IMG/VR virus record: IMGVR_UViG_3300022555_000032
Span: 21,428-85,427 of that record
DNA: 64,000 nucleotides
Reading direction: 5' to 3' (one strand)
Origin: a virus
Taxonomy: Duplodnaviria > Caudoviricetes
Shown here: positions 1-9,695 of the stretch, piece by piece
How the letters are laid out: every line of letters begins with the position of its first letter
How positions within the stretch are numbered: position 1 is the stretch's first letter
The notes under the pieces: model-generated
Told to the model about the DNA's origin: nothing
The model's database searches: none
The model's input: the letters and a program-made list of their open reading frames with translations, nothing else
Translations under genes and position numbers: made by a program

Positions 1-130
1 GTCCTGTTTCAGCTTCAGGGTTTACTACCTGAGCAATTATTTTTCCTCCACAGTCTACAATATCTTTAATGTAGGTGTCAAGATCTCCCTGGTGTTCACA
101 TTCATAAAATGATAGTTCTAGTTTTTCCAT
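1..130 (-). CDS. Hypothetical protein, truncated by window edge
   Basis: Read by hand: ATG at 130, MEKLELSFYECEHQGDLDTYIKDIVDCGG..., open to position 1; abuts upstream stop. Confidence 0.65.
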   Translation of the reverse strand, partial: MEKLELSFYECEHQGDLDTYIKDIVDCGGKIIAQVVNPEAETG

Positions 131-666
131 TATAGTATAATTATTTCAGATTCTAAGTTACGATCGATATAAGCAAAGACTTCATCTTTAGATACCCATC
201 TTGATAGTATCATTTCTTTATTAAAAAGATCTTTATACTGTTCAGCATAGGTTCTTGATGTTGTCCAACTGATACCATCATCATCATTTGAGTTGCATGC
301 TCTAAAGACTATAAAGACATCTTGAAGTTCTCTTAACTTCTTAGTTTCTTCAGGAGTACTAAAGTAGTATCTATTTGGCCTTTTAGAGCGCATTAGAGAA
401 CGGAATAGATCAACATTGACCAATCCACCAGTTATGATCCATACTATCCTTAAAAGCTCCCAATAGCGTTCATCAGAAAGATTCTTCTTTTCTTTGATGA
501 ATATGGATAGTAATTTCTCTTCATCATGTTCATTATCCCATGCCTGAATGATCTTTTTAGCAATCTTACTATCTCTTTCAAGCACTTTACGAGCCAGCTT
601 AGGATAATGTCTTGTCATCACTACTGTCTCATTAGTTGCTAATGGTTTAAGATTTAAACTTTCCAT
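130..666 (-). CDS. Putative mono-ADP-ribosyltransferase (R-S-ExE class)
   Basis: C-terminal half has VFRAC ... GISWTTS ... AYIDRNLESEIII, the R / S / ExE triad spacing of cholera-toxin-like ARTs. Confidence 0.55.
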   Translation of the reverse strand: MESLNLKPLATNETVVMTRHYPKLARKVLERDSKIAKKIIQAWDNEHDEEKLLSIFIKEKKNLSDERYWELLRIVWIITGGLVNVDLFRSLMRSKRPNRYYFSTPEETKKLRELQDVFIVFRACNSNDDDGISWTTSRTYAEQYKDLFNKEMILSRWVSKDEVFAYIDRNLESEIIIL

Positions 667-884
667 AATGAAATTGGTCTTATTGGATCAGAATAATTAA
701 AGTCTCCTGTTACATGAGTTCCATCTGGAAATTGTTGAAGAATAATTGTCATCATATAATTATCCATTCTTGTAGGTATTTTTTTACCATCAGGATTTTC
801 TAACCATATTTCAATAATATTTTGAGGATGATCAATATCACCGATTGAAGAAAATTTAATTCTAATTATATAATATTCATACAT
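654..884 (-). CDS. Hypothetical protein
   Basis: ORF tightly packed in operon. Confidence 0.7.
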   Translation of the reverse strand: MYEYYIIRIKFSSIGDIDHPQNIIEIWLENPDGKKIPTRMDNYMMTIILQQFPDGTHVTGDFNYSDPIRPISLWKV

Positions 885-887
885 AAC

Positions 888-1433
888 TTAAGATTTAAAG
901 AAGTCTTCATAGTCTTTATCTGGTAACTTACCAAGTTTAATAAAGTGATTAAGTAGATGTCTTCTCATTAGTTCTTCGTACCTGGATATGTGTCCGGAAG
1001 TGGTAGCATGATGATGATTGGCACACTTGATACGATTATTGATAGATTCCAATGCAAGATGTTCAAATGCCCGTCTACCCTTTTCTAAGGGATGATGGAA
1101 GTTGTAAGTGTGTTTAGTTTCTCCAAGATATGCAAATTGAGCCCAGATTATTGGAAGAGTTTTATACCATGATTGACTATTCTCTCCTAAAAGTATCTCT
1201 ATTGCTTTATCTTCATCTTTTCCTTCTTCCACCCATACTTCAAAAAGACATTCTTCGCAGTAATGAGGTCTCTGTTGCCACATCTTAGTCCATAGAGCCT
1301 TCAATAGATCGCTTTCCAGCTTGTTTTTATCTTGAGTTGATAGTACTCCTTCCTTTTGAGGTTTAGTTCTTCTAATACCACCGTATTGTTTTTTAGGAGT
1401 CTTCTCGGGTTTATAATCTGGTAGTCCGCTCAT
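888..1433 (-). CDS. HNH/NinG-like Zn nuclease
   Basis: CEEC ... HHPLEK ... N..IKCANHH pattern. Confidence 0.6.
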   Translation of the reverse strand: MSGLPDYKPEKTPKKQYGGIRRTKPQKEGVLSTQDKNKLESDLLKALWTKMWQQRPHYCEECLFEVWVEEGKDEDKAIEILLGENSQSWYKTLPIIWAQFAYLGETKHTYNFHHPLEKGRRAFEHLALESINNRIKCANHHHATTSGHISRYEELMRRHLLNHFIKLGKLPDKDYEDFFKS

Positions 1434-1693
1434 AATGATTTATAGTTACGATCAATTAAGTTGTACCAGGTAAGTATTCCTACTAACCAATAGATGTTAA
1501 AGTCATCTGAGGACATGGAGGCTGGTTCTTCGTCAAGATCAGCATTAAGAAAGTAGATATCAAAGTTCTCATACTTCATATTAATAACTACTTCACATTT
1601 ATCATTGATGAATCTATTTTCTGTTACATCATGTAGTCCATTCAACCTTAAGAATCTTCTTACTGAGTCTAAAGGATCATTTCTTTGTTCCAT
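1430..1693 (-). CDS. Hypothetical protein
   Basis: ORF overlapping neighbours by a few nt. Confidence 0.7.
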   Translation of the reverse strand: MEQRNDPLDSVRRFLRLNGLHDVTENRFINDKCEVVINMKYENFDIYFLNADLDEEPASMSSDDFNIYWLVGILTWYNLIDRNYKSL

Positions 1694-1976
1694 ATTCAGT
1701 TATGTAATATTTAATAGTATCCCAGGTTATTCCAATGCCAGCATCATGGTTATGGATCATGTTCTCCAAGGCTTCTTGCGCTTGTTTCTTATTGATCTTC
1801 CAACCTTTTAGTTTATATTCGGTAAAGTCTTCTACTGACCATTCAATAGACTCTTTTTGATATTGATTAAATCGTTCTTCAATTAAGTCAAAGAGTTGAT
1901 CTGTTGCTTTAGAAGCAAGCACTCCATTTCTGGAATACTTACTAACTATCTTTAGGATCTCAGTCTTTTGTATCAT
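1677..1976 (-). CDS. Hypothetical protein
   Basis: ORF in operon. Confidence 0.7.
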   Translation of the reverse strand: MIQKTEILKIVSKYSRNGVLASKATDQLFDLIEERFNQYQKESIEWSVEDFTEYKLKGWKINKKQAQEALENMIHNHDAGIGITWDTIKYYITEYGTKK

Positions 1977-2472
1977 CGTCTTCTGGATTTTCTGTTACTG
2001 GTTCCTTTGGAAATTCTAATTCAGTCTGATCTTTAGGCGCTCTCTTACCTTTGATGTATTCTTCAATGCCTTCTAGGATCGATTCTAAGAGTTCTACGCA
2101 TGCTTCAGGAAGAAGTGGTGCATCACTATCATCATCAATGTGTTCTGCTGGCAGATAAGGCGTATTGATCAATAACGGACTATTGGTAGAGTCAAGATCG
2201 ACAAGAACCGTTATAACAGCGCCAAGGATATTATTCTTATAGGAAAACGATATGCTTCTTACTTCTGCATCTTTACAGTAGTCTTTTGGCATAGAACAAA
2301 TCGTTTCCACATGAGGACGAAGTTGATCTAACAGCATAACCAATTCACTAACTGGTCTGTCTTTTGCTTCAAAGGATACATGAGCTTTATCAGTAGGTAC
2401 TATTGGTATACCTTCATACTCAATCTCTACTGTACTCTTTTTACGATTGTAATTGAATCTTTTTATTTTCAT
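1960..2472 (-). CDS. Hypothetical protein
   Basis: 170 aa ORF, acidic C-terminus, in operon. Confidence 0.8.
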   Translation of the reverse strand: MKIKRFNYNRKKSTVEIEYEGIPIVPTDKAHVSFEAKDRPVSELVMLLDQLRPHVETICSMPKDYCKDAEVRSISFSYKNNILGAVITVLVDLDSTNSPLLINTPYLPAEHIDDDSDAPLLPEACVELLESILEGIEEYIKGKRAPKDQTELEFPKEPVTENPEDDDTKD

Positions 2473-2473
2473 A

Positions 2474-2710
2474 TTATTTAAACCAATTAGGATTAGGTAA
2501 AAACATTGTATCTGGTAATATTGATTTGACTAGATTAGGATTGTCTATTACTGTTTCTGCTCTTCTTAATGCTTTATGATATGAAGGATAACAGATAACG
2601 CTTCTTATATCTGGAAGAACATAACCATGATAGACTGATCCATCGGTACAAGGACATGAAATGATAACAATAGCGATATCTTTATAGATCTCTATCCTTT
2701 CAGAGTTCAT
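2474..2710 (-). CDS. Hypothetical protein
   Basis: ORF in operon. Confidence 0.65.
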   Translation of the reverse strand: MNSERIEIYKDIAIVIISCPCTDGSVYHGYVLPDIRSVICYPSYHKALRRAETVIDNPNLVKSILPDTMFLPNPNWFK

Positions 2711-2711
2711 A

Positions 2712-2990
2712 TTATCCTAATTGAATTGCTTCTTTAAGGTCAGCAATAACCTTTTTATATTCATCAATCCATTCCTTGATAGAAACCTGATTTACTTTGT
2801 CATTCATAATATCAAAACTGATCCGTTCTAATGCTCTTGCTAGATCGCAACCAAATGCTATTGATGTTTCTTTCTCTTTGCCAATGTTCTTAGAACCTTC
2901 TTTAGTGGTTATAGATACCCTATAAAGATCGAATCTGTCATTACTTGCTGGTGTCTGACGAAGAATGTAATTACCATATTTTATATCCAT
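2712..2990 (-). CDS. Hypothetical protein
   Basis: ORF with A-rich Bacteroidetes-type initiation region. Confidence 0.75.
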   Translation of the reverse strand: MDIKYGNYILRQTPASNDRFDLYRVSITTKEGSKNIGKEKETSIAFGCDLARALERISFDIMNDKVNQVSIKEWIDEYKKVIADLKEAIQLG

Positions 2991-3005
2991 TGTTTTGAGT
3001 TTTAA

Positions 3006-3080
3006 AAAGGATAACGAGAATCAGGCATGCTTTAGGAGTATAAAGACATTCATTTTAAGCATCCTGATCCCCGGTCCTTT
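3006..3080 (-). terminator. Long intergenic stem-loop followed by U-tract (terminator or processing site)
   Basis: Minus strand AAAGGA/UCCUUU, CGGGGAUCAGG/CCUGAUUCUCG (two G-U), AUGCUU/AAGCAU; ends UCCUUUUU. Confidence 0.6.
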
Positions 3081-3086
3081 GTTGGT

Positions 3087-3983
3087 TTAATTAACTATTT
3101 CTGCATAAGTCTCTCCTCCTAATTCAAAATGATTAATTAGGAATTGACTTGTAGCAATGTTATTATCAATAATAAGTGGAAGATCAGTCATTCCAGCTTT
3201 ATGATTTTCTGTAATATGATTATAGAATCTCCATAAAGAGATAGGTCGTTCATCTTCTTTGATACCAAGGTATTTTTCGGCCACCTGGTTGATTTGAGAT
3301 GCGCTAAGTGGATAAGCACGTTCAGTACGATACTTATCACGTCCTATACGAAGCATAGTCATGAATCCAAGTACTTCAGCAACTTTCTCATGTGCCATGG
3401 TAATTTGTTTCATCTGGTTCATTACCGCTACATCATAGTTTCTCTTTTGTCCATGCTCTTCGGCCCAAGTAGCGATAACTTCTAACATCTTTTGAAAAGA
3501 AGGCATTACTTCTGATAAACCATTGGTATAGGTCGACATACTATTACCAGCACCTAAGATTGAAAGGTTAGAACATACTCTTACATTCTGACCATAAGCA
3601 ATCTGAATACCTTTTTGATGAAAATTAACCGCAATCATTCCATGAGATTCATCATCCTGAAAATCAGTTAAGGAAATACCACCTATTACTCTTCTTAAAA
3701 TAGTAGCTGGTAAACTCTTATTACCATACTTTTCTTCTAAGATAGGAATGCGTGCTACTCCTGGCAATGCTCTGTCACCACCATCAGAGATATACAAAGG
3801 CATAGGTGTATTGGCTACGTTCTTCTTATCCAATACTTCTTGTATTGCTTCATAAATCTGAAAGTGTTCAATACCATGTAATGGCCTTCCCGAAGACTGA
3901 GCTTCACTACATGATAATTTTAACTCAGGTAATGAGATAGTCTGAGTTTTATCTTTTTCGAAATCTAATGTTCTGATATCCAT
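3087..3983 (-). CDS. DUF932-like protein
   Basis: GIQIAYG.NV.VCSN motif and C-terminal SLW.FYN..TE pattern resemble DUF932 family; recombination module context. Confidence 0.55.
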   Translation of the reverse strand: MDIRTLDFEKDKTQTISLPELKLSCSEAQSSGRPLHGIEHFQIYEAIQEVLDKKNVANTPMPLYISDGGDRALPGVARIPILEEKYGNKSLPATILRRVIGGISLTDFQDDESHGMIAVNFHQKGIQIAYGQNVRVCSNLSILGAGNSMSTYTNGLSEVMPSFQKMLEVIATWAEEHGQKRNYDVAVMNQMKQITMAHEKVAEVLGFMTMLRIGRDKYRTERAYPLSASQINQVAEKYLGIKEDERPISLWRFYNHITENHKAGMTDLPLIIDNNIATSQFLINHFELGGETYAEIVN

Positions 3984-3984
3984 T

Positions 3985-5019
3985 TTAAATAGTTTTTATT
4001 GTGTTACGATCTTTACAGTCATAAATTGGACAAGTGATGCAATTCTCTGGCATAGGAGTTGTCTTCCATCCATTCTTATGATGATGTTCAATCTCACTAA
4101 CCACCGTTCTTATTGTTTGAAACATCTCTCTTTTTCTTACAGAGGCTATGTTTGCAGATTTAGGATCAGGATCATTGATATCGGTGTTTACCGGAACTAG
4201 TTTCCATCCTCTATCATTCCTTTTATAATCTATCACTAAATAGAAGAAAGGAAGCGATAGGGCGAAGGAATAGAGATAAGCCTGTATGTTATCCATCTTT
4301 TCAGGTTCACCCCAACAGAACTCACCAAAACAGCCATTACGATCAATTGTAAGCTTAAGATCAATAACAGCTAGGTCATGTTGAAATGATTTATAATGGA
4401 TTTGGCTTATAAGGTCGGTCTCCAGCTCAATAAAGATATCAAATGGAAAGTCTTCCCTGGTAGTAGGATCAGCATTAAGAGTAGTAAACTGTCTCCATAT
4501 TACTTGTGGATCGATAATAAGATCTAACTGAGGAACAATATTGTTCTTAAAGTTAAATACCTGTTCGTCAATCCTTAAATGATCTGCAGACTTCTTATTA
4601 CCTCTTAACAATGGAAGAGTTAACACATCACCATTCTTATCTATACCGCCATTTAATGCATGCGCTTCAAAATAGTTGCCTTTCTGCATGCTCATAGTCG
4701 GTTTAGAGCGTATCTCGCAAGTGATGTATGTCTTATACAGCTTTAAAGCACAGAAGTCTCTTCGGTCTCCTTTAAAGGTCATAGCCTTGATCATACTCTG
4801 ATGAATGAACACTTCTTTAATAGTTCTATTAGATTTTAAGACTAGCCTTGAATCAAAGTACTTTCTTTTTTCTTCTGTTATATTTAAGGAAGAATCTGCA
4901 GATACGGATGGATGATCAATAACATCTTCATGAAGAATCTTTTTGTCCTCCACAGGAGTATAAGTACTCCCATGGATAGACATAAGATTATTGTAATATT
5001 GATCTAGGTCAACGAACAT
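3985..5019 (-). CDS. PD-(D/E)XK exonuclease (RecE/Cas4-like)
   Basis: ETD...VIDLKLT, QAYLY, C-terminal CITCPIYDC. Confidence 0.7.
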   Translation of the reverse strand: MFVDLDQYYNNLMSIHGSTYTPVEDKKILHEDVIDHPSVSADSSLNITEEKRKYFDSRLVLKSNRTIKEVFIHQSMIKAMTFKGDRRDFCALKLYKTYITCEIRSKPTMSMQKGNYFEAHALNGGIDKNGDVLTLPLLRGNKKSADHLRIDEQVFNFKNNIVPQLDLIIDPQVIWRQFTTLNADPTTREDFPFDIFIELETDLISQIHYKSFQHDLAVIDLKLTIDRNGCFGEFCWGEPEKMDNIQAYLYSFALSLPFFYLVIDYKRNDRGWKLVPVNTDINDPDPKSANIASVRKREMFQTIRTVVSEIEHHHKNGWKTTPMPENCITCPIYDCKDRNTIKTI

Positions 5020-5020
5020 T

Positions 5021-5767
5021 TTAAGATGGTTTTTGGTTTACATAGACTAAGAAGATCTCTGCCTGTTCAATCAGCTTGGTTATAAGTCTCTTCTTTACAA
5101 CCAATCTTCCGGTAGTAGGATCCGTTTCCTCGTCATTACCTTTCAAATGAGTATAGCTTGGTAAATCCATACAGGAGATAGCATTATCCAGGCAAGAGAA
5201 TCTTATCTCTACTGAATCCCTGTTCAGGTCTGTACCATCTTTGGTAACATAAGCCTGAATAGAGTTAGCCATGATCTGTAAAGCTTTATCATTAACAGCC
5301 ATAAGATGAAAAGGATCTCTCTCGTCTGCAGGCATAGCACTAAACTCTTCCGTCCACTCATTAAGTTTCCAAAGCATTCTTAAGACTCTTCTTAAGGATT
5401 CTGAATAAAACTTAGGTCCGGTAACAGAAGGATCGTTCCAGGTACTCTTAGATGATCCAGATGGGCCTGCAGGAGTTAATGGATTACCATTAGCATCAAT
5501 CAGTTCAACCTTTGTTAAAACGATCCTGGTACGATCATCCTTAGTCTTTTCTTCTGACTGAGCCTTGATACGATCACCTGGCTTGAGTGGCTGAGGACCA
5601 TTCTCTTCAAGTTTACGGACATACCTTAAGACATCATCTTCTTCAAATAGGACCTTCCATCGGTAGAACTTCTTACCCATTTCATAGTCATAGTAATGCT
5701 TATCGTCTTTAGCATCCTTTGTAATACTCTTCACTATACCAGTGAAGTTTTCTTTTTCTTTTGCCAT
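5021..5767 (-). CDS. Hypothetical protein, possible OB-fold ssDNA-binding/annealing protein
   Basis: Beta-rich N-terminus; position between exonuclease and ATPase; function is inference. Confidence 0.4.
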   Translation of the reverse strand: MAKEKENFTGIVKSITKDAKDDKHYYDYEMGKKFYRWKVLFEEDDVLRYVRKLEENGPQPLKPGDRIKAQSEEKTKDDRTRIVLTKVELIDANGNPLTPAGPSGSSKSTWNDPSVTGPKFYSESLRRVLRMLWKLNEWTEEFSAMPADERDPFHLMAVNDKALQIMANSIQAYVTKDGTDLNRDSVEIRFSCLDNAISCMDLPSYTHLKGNDEETDPTTGRLVVKKRLITKLIEQAEIFLVYVNQKPS

Positions 5768-5994
5768 TAGTGTGATTCTTGAATTTGTGGTTCGAAATAT
5801 GATAATTCTTTTATGTTGTTATCATGGGCATGACGAGACTCTGATACTTTATCAGTCCAAAACATAGCAAGTTTTTTTTCTATTTGATCAAGTATGATTT
5901 TTTGATCTTTACCTAAGAAATTATTAATCAGTTCATTATAGAATAAATTACAGAGTTCTTCTTTCTTTTTGTTTAATTCATCAACTTCATTCAT
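5767..5994 (-). CDS. Hypothetical protein
   Basis: ORF with TAATG overlap. Confidence 0.7.
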   Translation of the reverse strand: MNEVDELNKKKEELCNLFYNELINNFLGKDQKIILDQIEKKLAMFWTDKVSESRHAHDNNIKELSYFEPQIQESH

Positions 5995-5998
5995 GGTT

Positions 5999-7351
5999 TT
6001 ATTCTCCTACAATTATTTTACAATCAACATTTTCATCATCAGTTACAAGTTGTCCAAAGACCATACGATTACTTTTCTTAGAGATTTCCATGATCTTCTT
6101 ACGGCTTTCCTTATCGTATAAGGACCAGTCTCCAATATTGACAAAATCACTTGTTGTAATGGAGCATAAGAGGTCCATGATAGCTAATCTTGCTTCCGTC
6201 TCAGAAACAGAACTTTCATCCAGCGCAAACCCGTTAAGAGTAATATTCTCTTCATCAAAGGATAGGCCAGCTGGTAACGAAGAGTTTTTAATAATCTCCA
6301 TCTTTTCCTGTTTAGCCTTTTCAATTTGACTATTAAGATCTTCAAGAGATTTATTAACCTGTTCAAGTTCCTGTAAAGCCAGATTTCGTTGATCAAGCCT
6401 TCCTTGATATATTCTTGCACTAGAGATCTTTTTGTCTCCTGTCTCGATACGGGTAGCCAGGACATTAGGATCATCTTCCAAAAGCTTTTCAAAACCTTTG
6501 ATATCTTCATTGATAGCATTTTTAGTATTACCAAAGAACTCAAGCATCTGAGCAATATCTGGAAGATCAGCATCGAATCCTACTGCATCTGAGAACTCAG
6601 ATATCTTTCTTATGATTTCATCTGCAGCACCGATCCTTGCCTTTAATTCCTTAATAGAAGCTTCATATGTTGCTCTTTCGGTCTGTTTCTTCCTGAGATC
6701 AGCTAACTGTTTTTCCATGGTGGGAATAAGGGCAATCTCTTTCTTTTCCTCTTCGGTAACAACAGTATTCCTTAAGACAGAATTCTTTTCTTCAATAGTC
6801 TTATTGATAGTTGCTCTTCTGAAATAGAGATTACCTTCAGTCTCTTTATTCTTCTTATCGGAAACAGAACGGTCAAGATCAGCTATTTTAACCCTCTGAT
6901 CGACCGTAAGACATGCATAAAGCACATCTTTAACGAACTTACGCCTTCCTTCAGCATATTTAAGCATCTCGTAGACTTCGGCAACGGTAAGCGCTGAATA
7001 GGATCCCAACAGTTCCCTGATTCGCTTTGGATCAGATATAATTTTGGTATTCCCAGATTTATCAAGATAGCTTGCTCTAAAAATACTTTGTGTTTCAGTA
7101 ATATCCCACTCAACTGTGATAGGGTTTCCATCTCTATCAAGTCCTTTTCTAATGACCTTACCTGACTCTTTTCCTCTTTGAATGGGATCAGTGATAGTAT
7201 TATCAACAAGCGCAATTGATTCAAGGCACTGGATGATAGTTGATTTTCCTGACCCGTTCTTTCCAATGAAGGCAAACATCTGACCTCCACTAAAGTCCAT
7301 AAAGGTTTTTTCGTGAAGTTTAATATTGATTAATTCGATACTTCTTTCCAT
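5999..7351 (-). CDS. SMC/SbcC-like coiled-coil ATPase
   Basis: N-terminal Walker A GKNGSGKST, long central coiled coil, degenerate C-terminal ABC half. Confidence 0.75.
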   Translation of the reverse strand: MERSIELINIKLHEKTFMDFSGGQMFAFIGKNGSGKSTIIQCLESIALVDNTITDPIQRGKESGKVIRKGLDRDGNPITVEWDITETQSIFRASYLDKSGNTKIISDPKRIRELLGSYSALTVAEVYEMLKYAEGRRKFVKDVLYACLTVDQRVKIADLDRSVSDKKNKETEGNLYFRRATINKTIEEKNSVLRNTVVTEEEKKEIALIPTMEKQLADLRKKQTERATYEASIKELKARIGAADEIIRKISEFSDAVGFDADLPDIAQMLEFFGNTKNAINEDIKGFEKLLEDDPNVLATRIETGDKKISSARIYQGRLDQRNLALQELEQVNKSLEDLNSQIEKAKQEKMEIIKNSSLPAGLSFDEENITLNGFALDESSVSETEARLAIMDLLCSITTSDFVNIGDWSLYDKESRKKIMEISKKSNRMVFGQLVTDDENVDCKIIVGE

Positions 7352-7372
7352 AAGTGGTTATTTATAGGATTA

Positions 7373-7654
7373 TTAAAATAATGGTTCGTCTTCATTAATT
7401 GGTGAGGCTGGAATGTCTGCATCTTTCACGATCTTGTTTCCTAATGCAACTCCAAGGTTTAATGTCTTGGCTGATCCGGCCTGTGAACTAGAGATAAGAG
7501 TTTCTTTATTAATCCCTATTCCTGGCGGTGGTGGTATTGGTACTTCTTTCTTTACTCCCTTCTTTAAGTCCATGTAACGCTGGACTAACTCAAGATTGTT
7601 TTGCGTTAAGACCTTTATAAGATCTTCTGATAATTGTTCAAATGAATCTGACAT
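7373..7654 (-). CDS. Hypothetical protein
   Basis: ORF; DDEPLF-type acidic tail. Confidence 0.7.
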   Translation of the reverse strand: MSDSFEQLSEDLIKVLTQNNLELVQRYMDLKKGVKKEVPIPPPPGIGINKETLISSSQAGSAKTLNLGVALGNKIVKDADIPASPINEDEPLF

Positions 7655-7666
7655 TGTTATTAATAT

Positions 7667-9226
7667 TTAAAATGATGGTTCTTCGTCTGGTTCTGATAAT
7701 GGTCCTTCATTGGGATCCGGTTCAATTATATCTGCTTGATCAAATGTTACTTTTTGACCTTTTGTTCCCTGTTGAGGATCATAATAGTCAATCTCTTTGA
7801 AGATATTATAGTCTAAAGAACATAGGAAATGAATGACTCCTTCCCCAACATCAATGTTATCATCTTCTCTTGATGCGCCAACATCGACAATGAATATCTT
7901 TTTAAGATTCTCTTTCCTATCTCCTTTATAGTCCGATAGAAGGTCTTTACGTTTGCCAGGAGAGTTGATAAGCAATACTTGATTAGGAACCCTTCTGAAC
8001 GCTTCAGTACCCTTTATATCGGTTAATCTGGGCCTATAACCATTGGCAATGTTCTCTTTATTCTGTTGAGCATCGTTAAAGTGATGAACAACCAAGATCA
8101 AAGCATTGGTCTCTTGCCTAATATTGGAAATCTGACTCATTACATAATCATACATTCCATTAAGATCATGCTGATATCTCTCCCGATCTCCTAACTGAAG
8201 AATATTATCAATGACTAGTATCTTGAACTTCTCTGGTCTCTTATCACAGAATAGCTTAAAATGAAGTCTGATCTTCTCAATAGTAAGACTCTTTTCAATG
8301 AAGTTGATATCAAATCCTTGCAATGTAGTTACATGCTTATTGATGATAGGAAGAACATCTGCAGAGAAAGTATTCTTTTTGATATCCTTTCCTTTGATAA
8401 ACACTTTTGAAGAAAGATAATGAGTCCAGATATCCAGAGCTGCATCCTCAAGAGTTACCCAGTCAACGGCAATATCCTTATAGTTTTCTAACAGATACAT
8501 TATAAGCATAGTTAGGAACTTGGTCTTGCCATCTTTTGCAGCACCAGCGAGAAGAATAATCTTATTAGATCCTATTACTACCTTCTCATTGAATTCTTTC
8601 CAAGGGGTCTGATAGAATAGCATTGGAACACCAGTAACTTGCTTCTTATTGATCATATTGAATACCTGCTGATGAACAGTAGTATTATCTATCGCAAATC
8701 TTTCACGATCTCGTTCATCAATGGCATTAAAGGAGTGCTGAATAGATTCAATAAGGTCAAAGACATCTGTAGTATCCTGGTAAGCATCTTTGATCGCTGT
8801 AGAGCCAATTCTGATGATCTCCCTGAGCATGAACTTCTGTTGAAGTATCTTGTATTGATACTCTATATGATCCGGCCTTGTAGCCTTCATTAGAAGCTGA
8901 GAGACATAATACCTCCCCCCTGCTTGCTCAAGAGTACCATTAAGCCTTAACTGTTCACACACGATAAGAAGATCGATTGGTTTATTAGCTGTATAAAGAT
9001 CAATAATAGCCTGTGCTATTAACTGATGTTCTGTTTTATAGAATACTTCCATCTTGAAGATCCTAAAAATAGCAAAGTTGCATTTACCATCAATTATTAT
9101 ACCTAAGACATTCTCTTCAATTGCAGTATCTTGTGGAGGTATTTTTCCGAACTCTACAAATATCTCATTAAAATCATTTTTAGATTTCCGTTTAAAACGT
9201 ACTGGCTTTTTCTCTTCATTCTCCAT
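7667..9226 (-). CDS. dnaB: Replicative DNA helicase DnaB-like
   Basis: DnaB N-domain GKIPPQ..IEENVLG, Walker A GAAKDGKT, Walker B LVIDN, RPRLTDIKG motif. Confidence 0.85.
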   Translation of the reverse strand: MENEEKKPVRFKRKSKNDFNEIFVEFGKIPPQDTAIEENVLGIIIDGKCNFAIFRIFKMEVFYKTEHQLIAQAIIDLYTANKPIDLLIVCEQLRLNGTLEQAGGRYYVSQLLMKATRPDHIEYQYKILQQKFMLREIIRIGSTAIKDAYQDTTDVFDLIESIQHSFNAIDERDRERFAIDNTTVHQQVFNMINKKQVTGVPMLFYQTPWKEFNEKVVIGSNKIILLAGAAKDGKTKFLTMLIMYLLENYKDIAVDWVTLEDAALDIWTHYLSSKVFIKGKDIKKNTFSADVLPIINKHVTTLQGFDINFIEKSLTIEKIRLHFKLFCDKRPEKFKILVIDNILQLGDRERYQHDLNGMYDYVMSQISNIRQETNALILVVHHFNDAQQNKENIANGYRPRLTDIKGTEAFRRVPNQVLLINSPGKRKDLLSDYKGDRKENLKKIFIVDVGASREDDNIDVGEGVIHFLCSLDYNIFKEIDYYDPQQGTKGQKVTFDQADIIEPDPNEGPLSEPDEEPSF

Positions 9227-9644
9227 CAGATTTAAGTTTTAAGCTATTTACAAAAGCCTTGCGTTGTTTAGTAAGAAACTCAGTAGCTATATCTCCAAAA
9301 AGATAAAGATCTCTAGTAGGAGATTCGCTCTGAGCGTCAAAATCAATAGTATACATCTTAAGTCCAAGGAAATTCAAGAAGTTCTTCCTTTTCATAGCAT
9401 CCGCTTTTTGAATAAAGCCAGACTCAGCCTTCTTCCCATATCTTTTAGTCCATAAGGATATATGTGCTCTATATCTACTTAAAACTAGTTCATAGGTAAG
9501 ATCGGGTATATTCCCAGGATTCTTTGGATTAAGATGGTATTTTAGTTGTTCTAGGCACATGCTATAATTGAGGTCTTCATCAATAAATATAGCGGATACA
9601 TCTGCCCTTAACTGATCTCTATCAGGTATAAACTTGGTGTCCAT
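9216..9644 (-). CDS. Hypothetical protein upstream of helicase (possible loader/initiator)
   Basis: ORF overlapping dnaB start; role inferred from position only. Confidence 0.55.
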   Translation of the reverse strand: MDTKFIPDRDQLRADVSAIFIDEDLNYSMCLEQLKYHLNPKNPGNIPDLTYELVLSRYRAHISLWTKRYGKKAESGFIQKADAMKRKNFLNFLGLKMYTIDFDAQSESPTRDLYLFGDIATEFLTKQRKAFVNSLKLKSDGE

Positions 9645-9695
9645 AAATAGTGTTTGGAAGTGTAAATATAGTTATATCCCTACATTTAAGAAGGA

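Noticed and set aside
9655-9690. Internal minus-strand promoter (TATATTTA)
   Set aside because: Imperfect -7 box in an AT-rich gap; insufficient evidence
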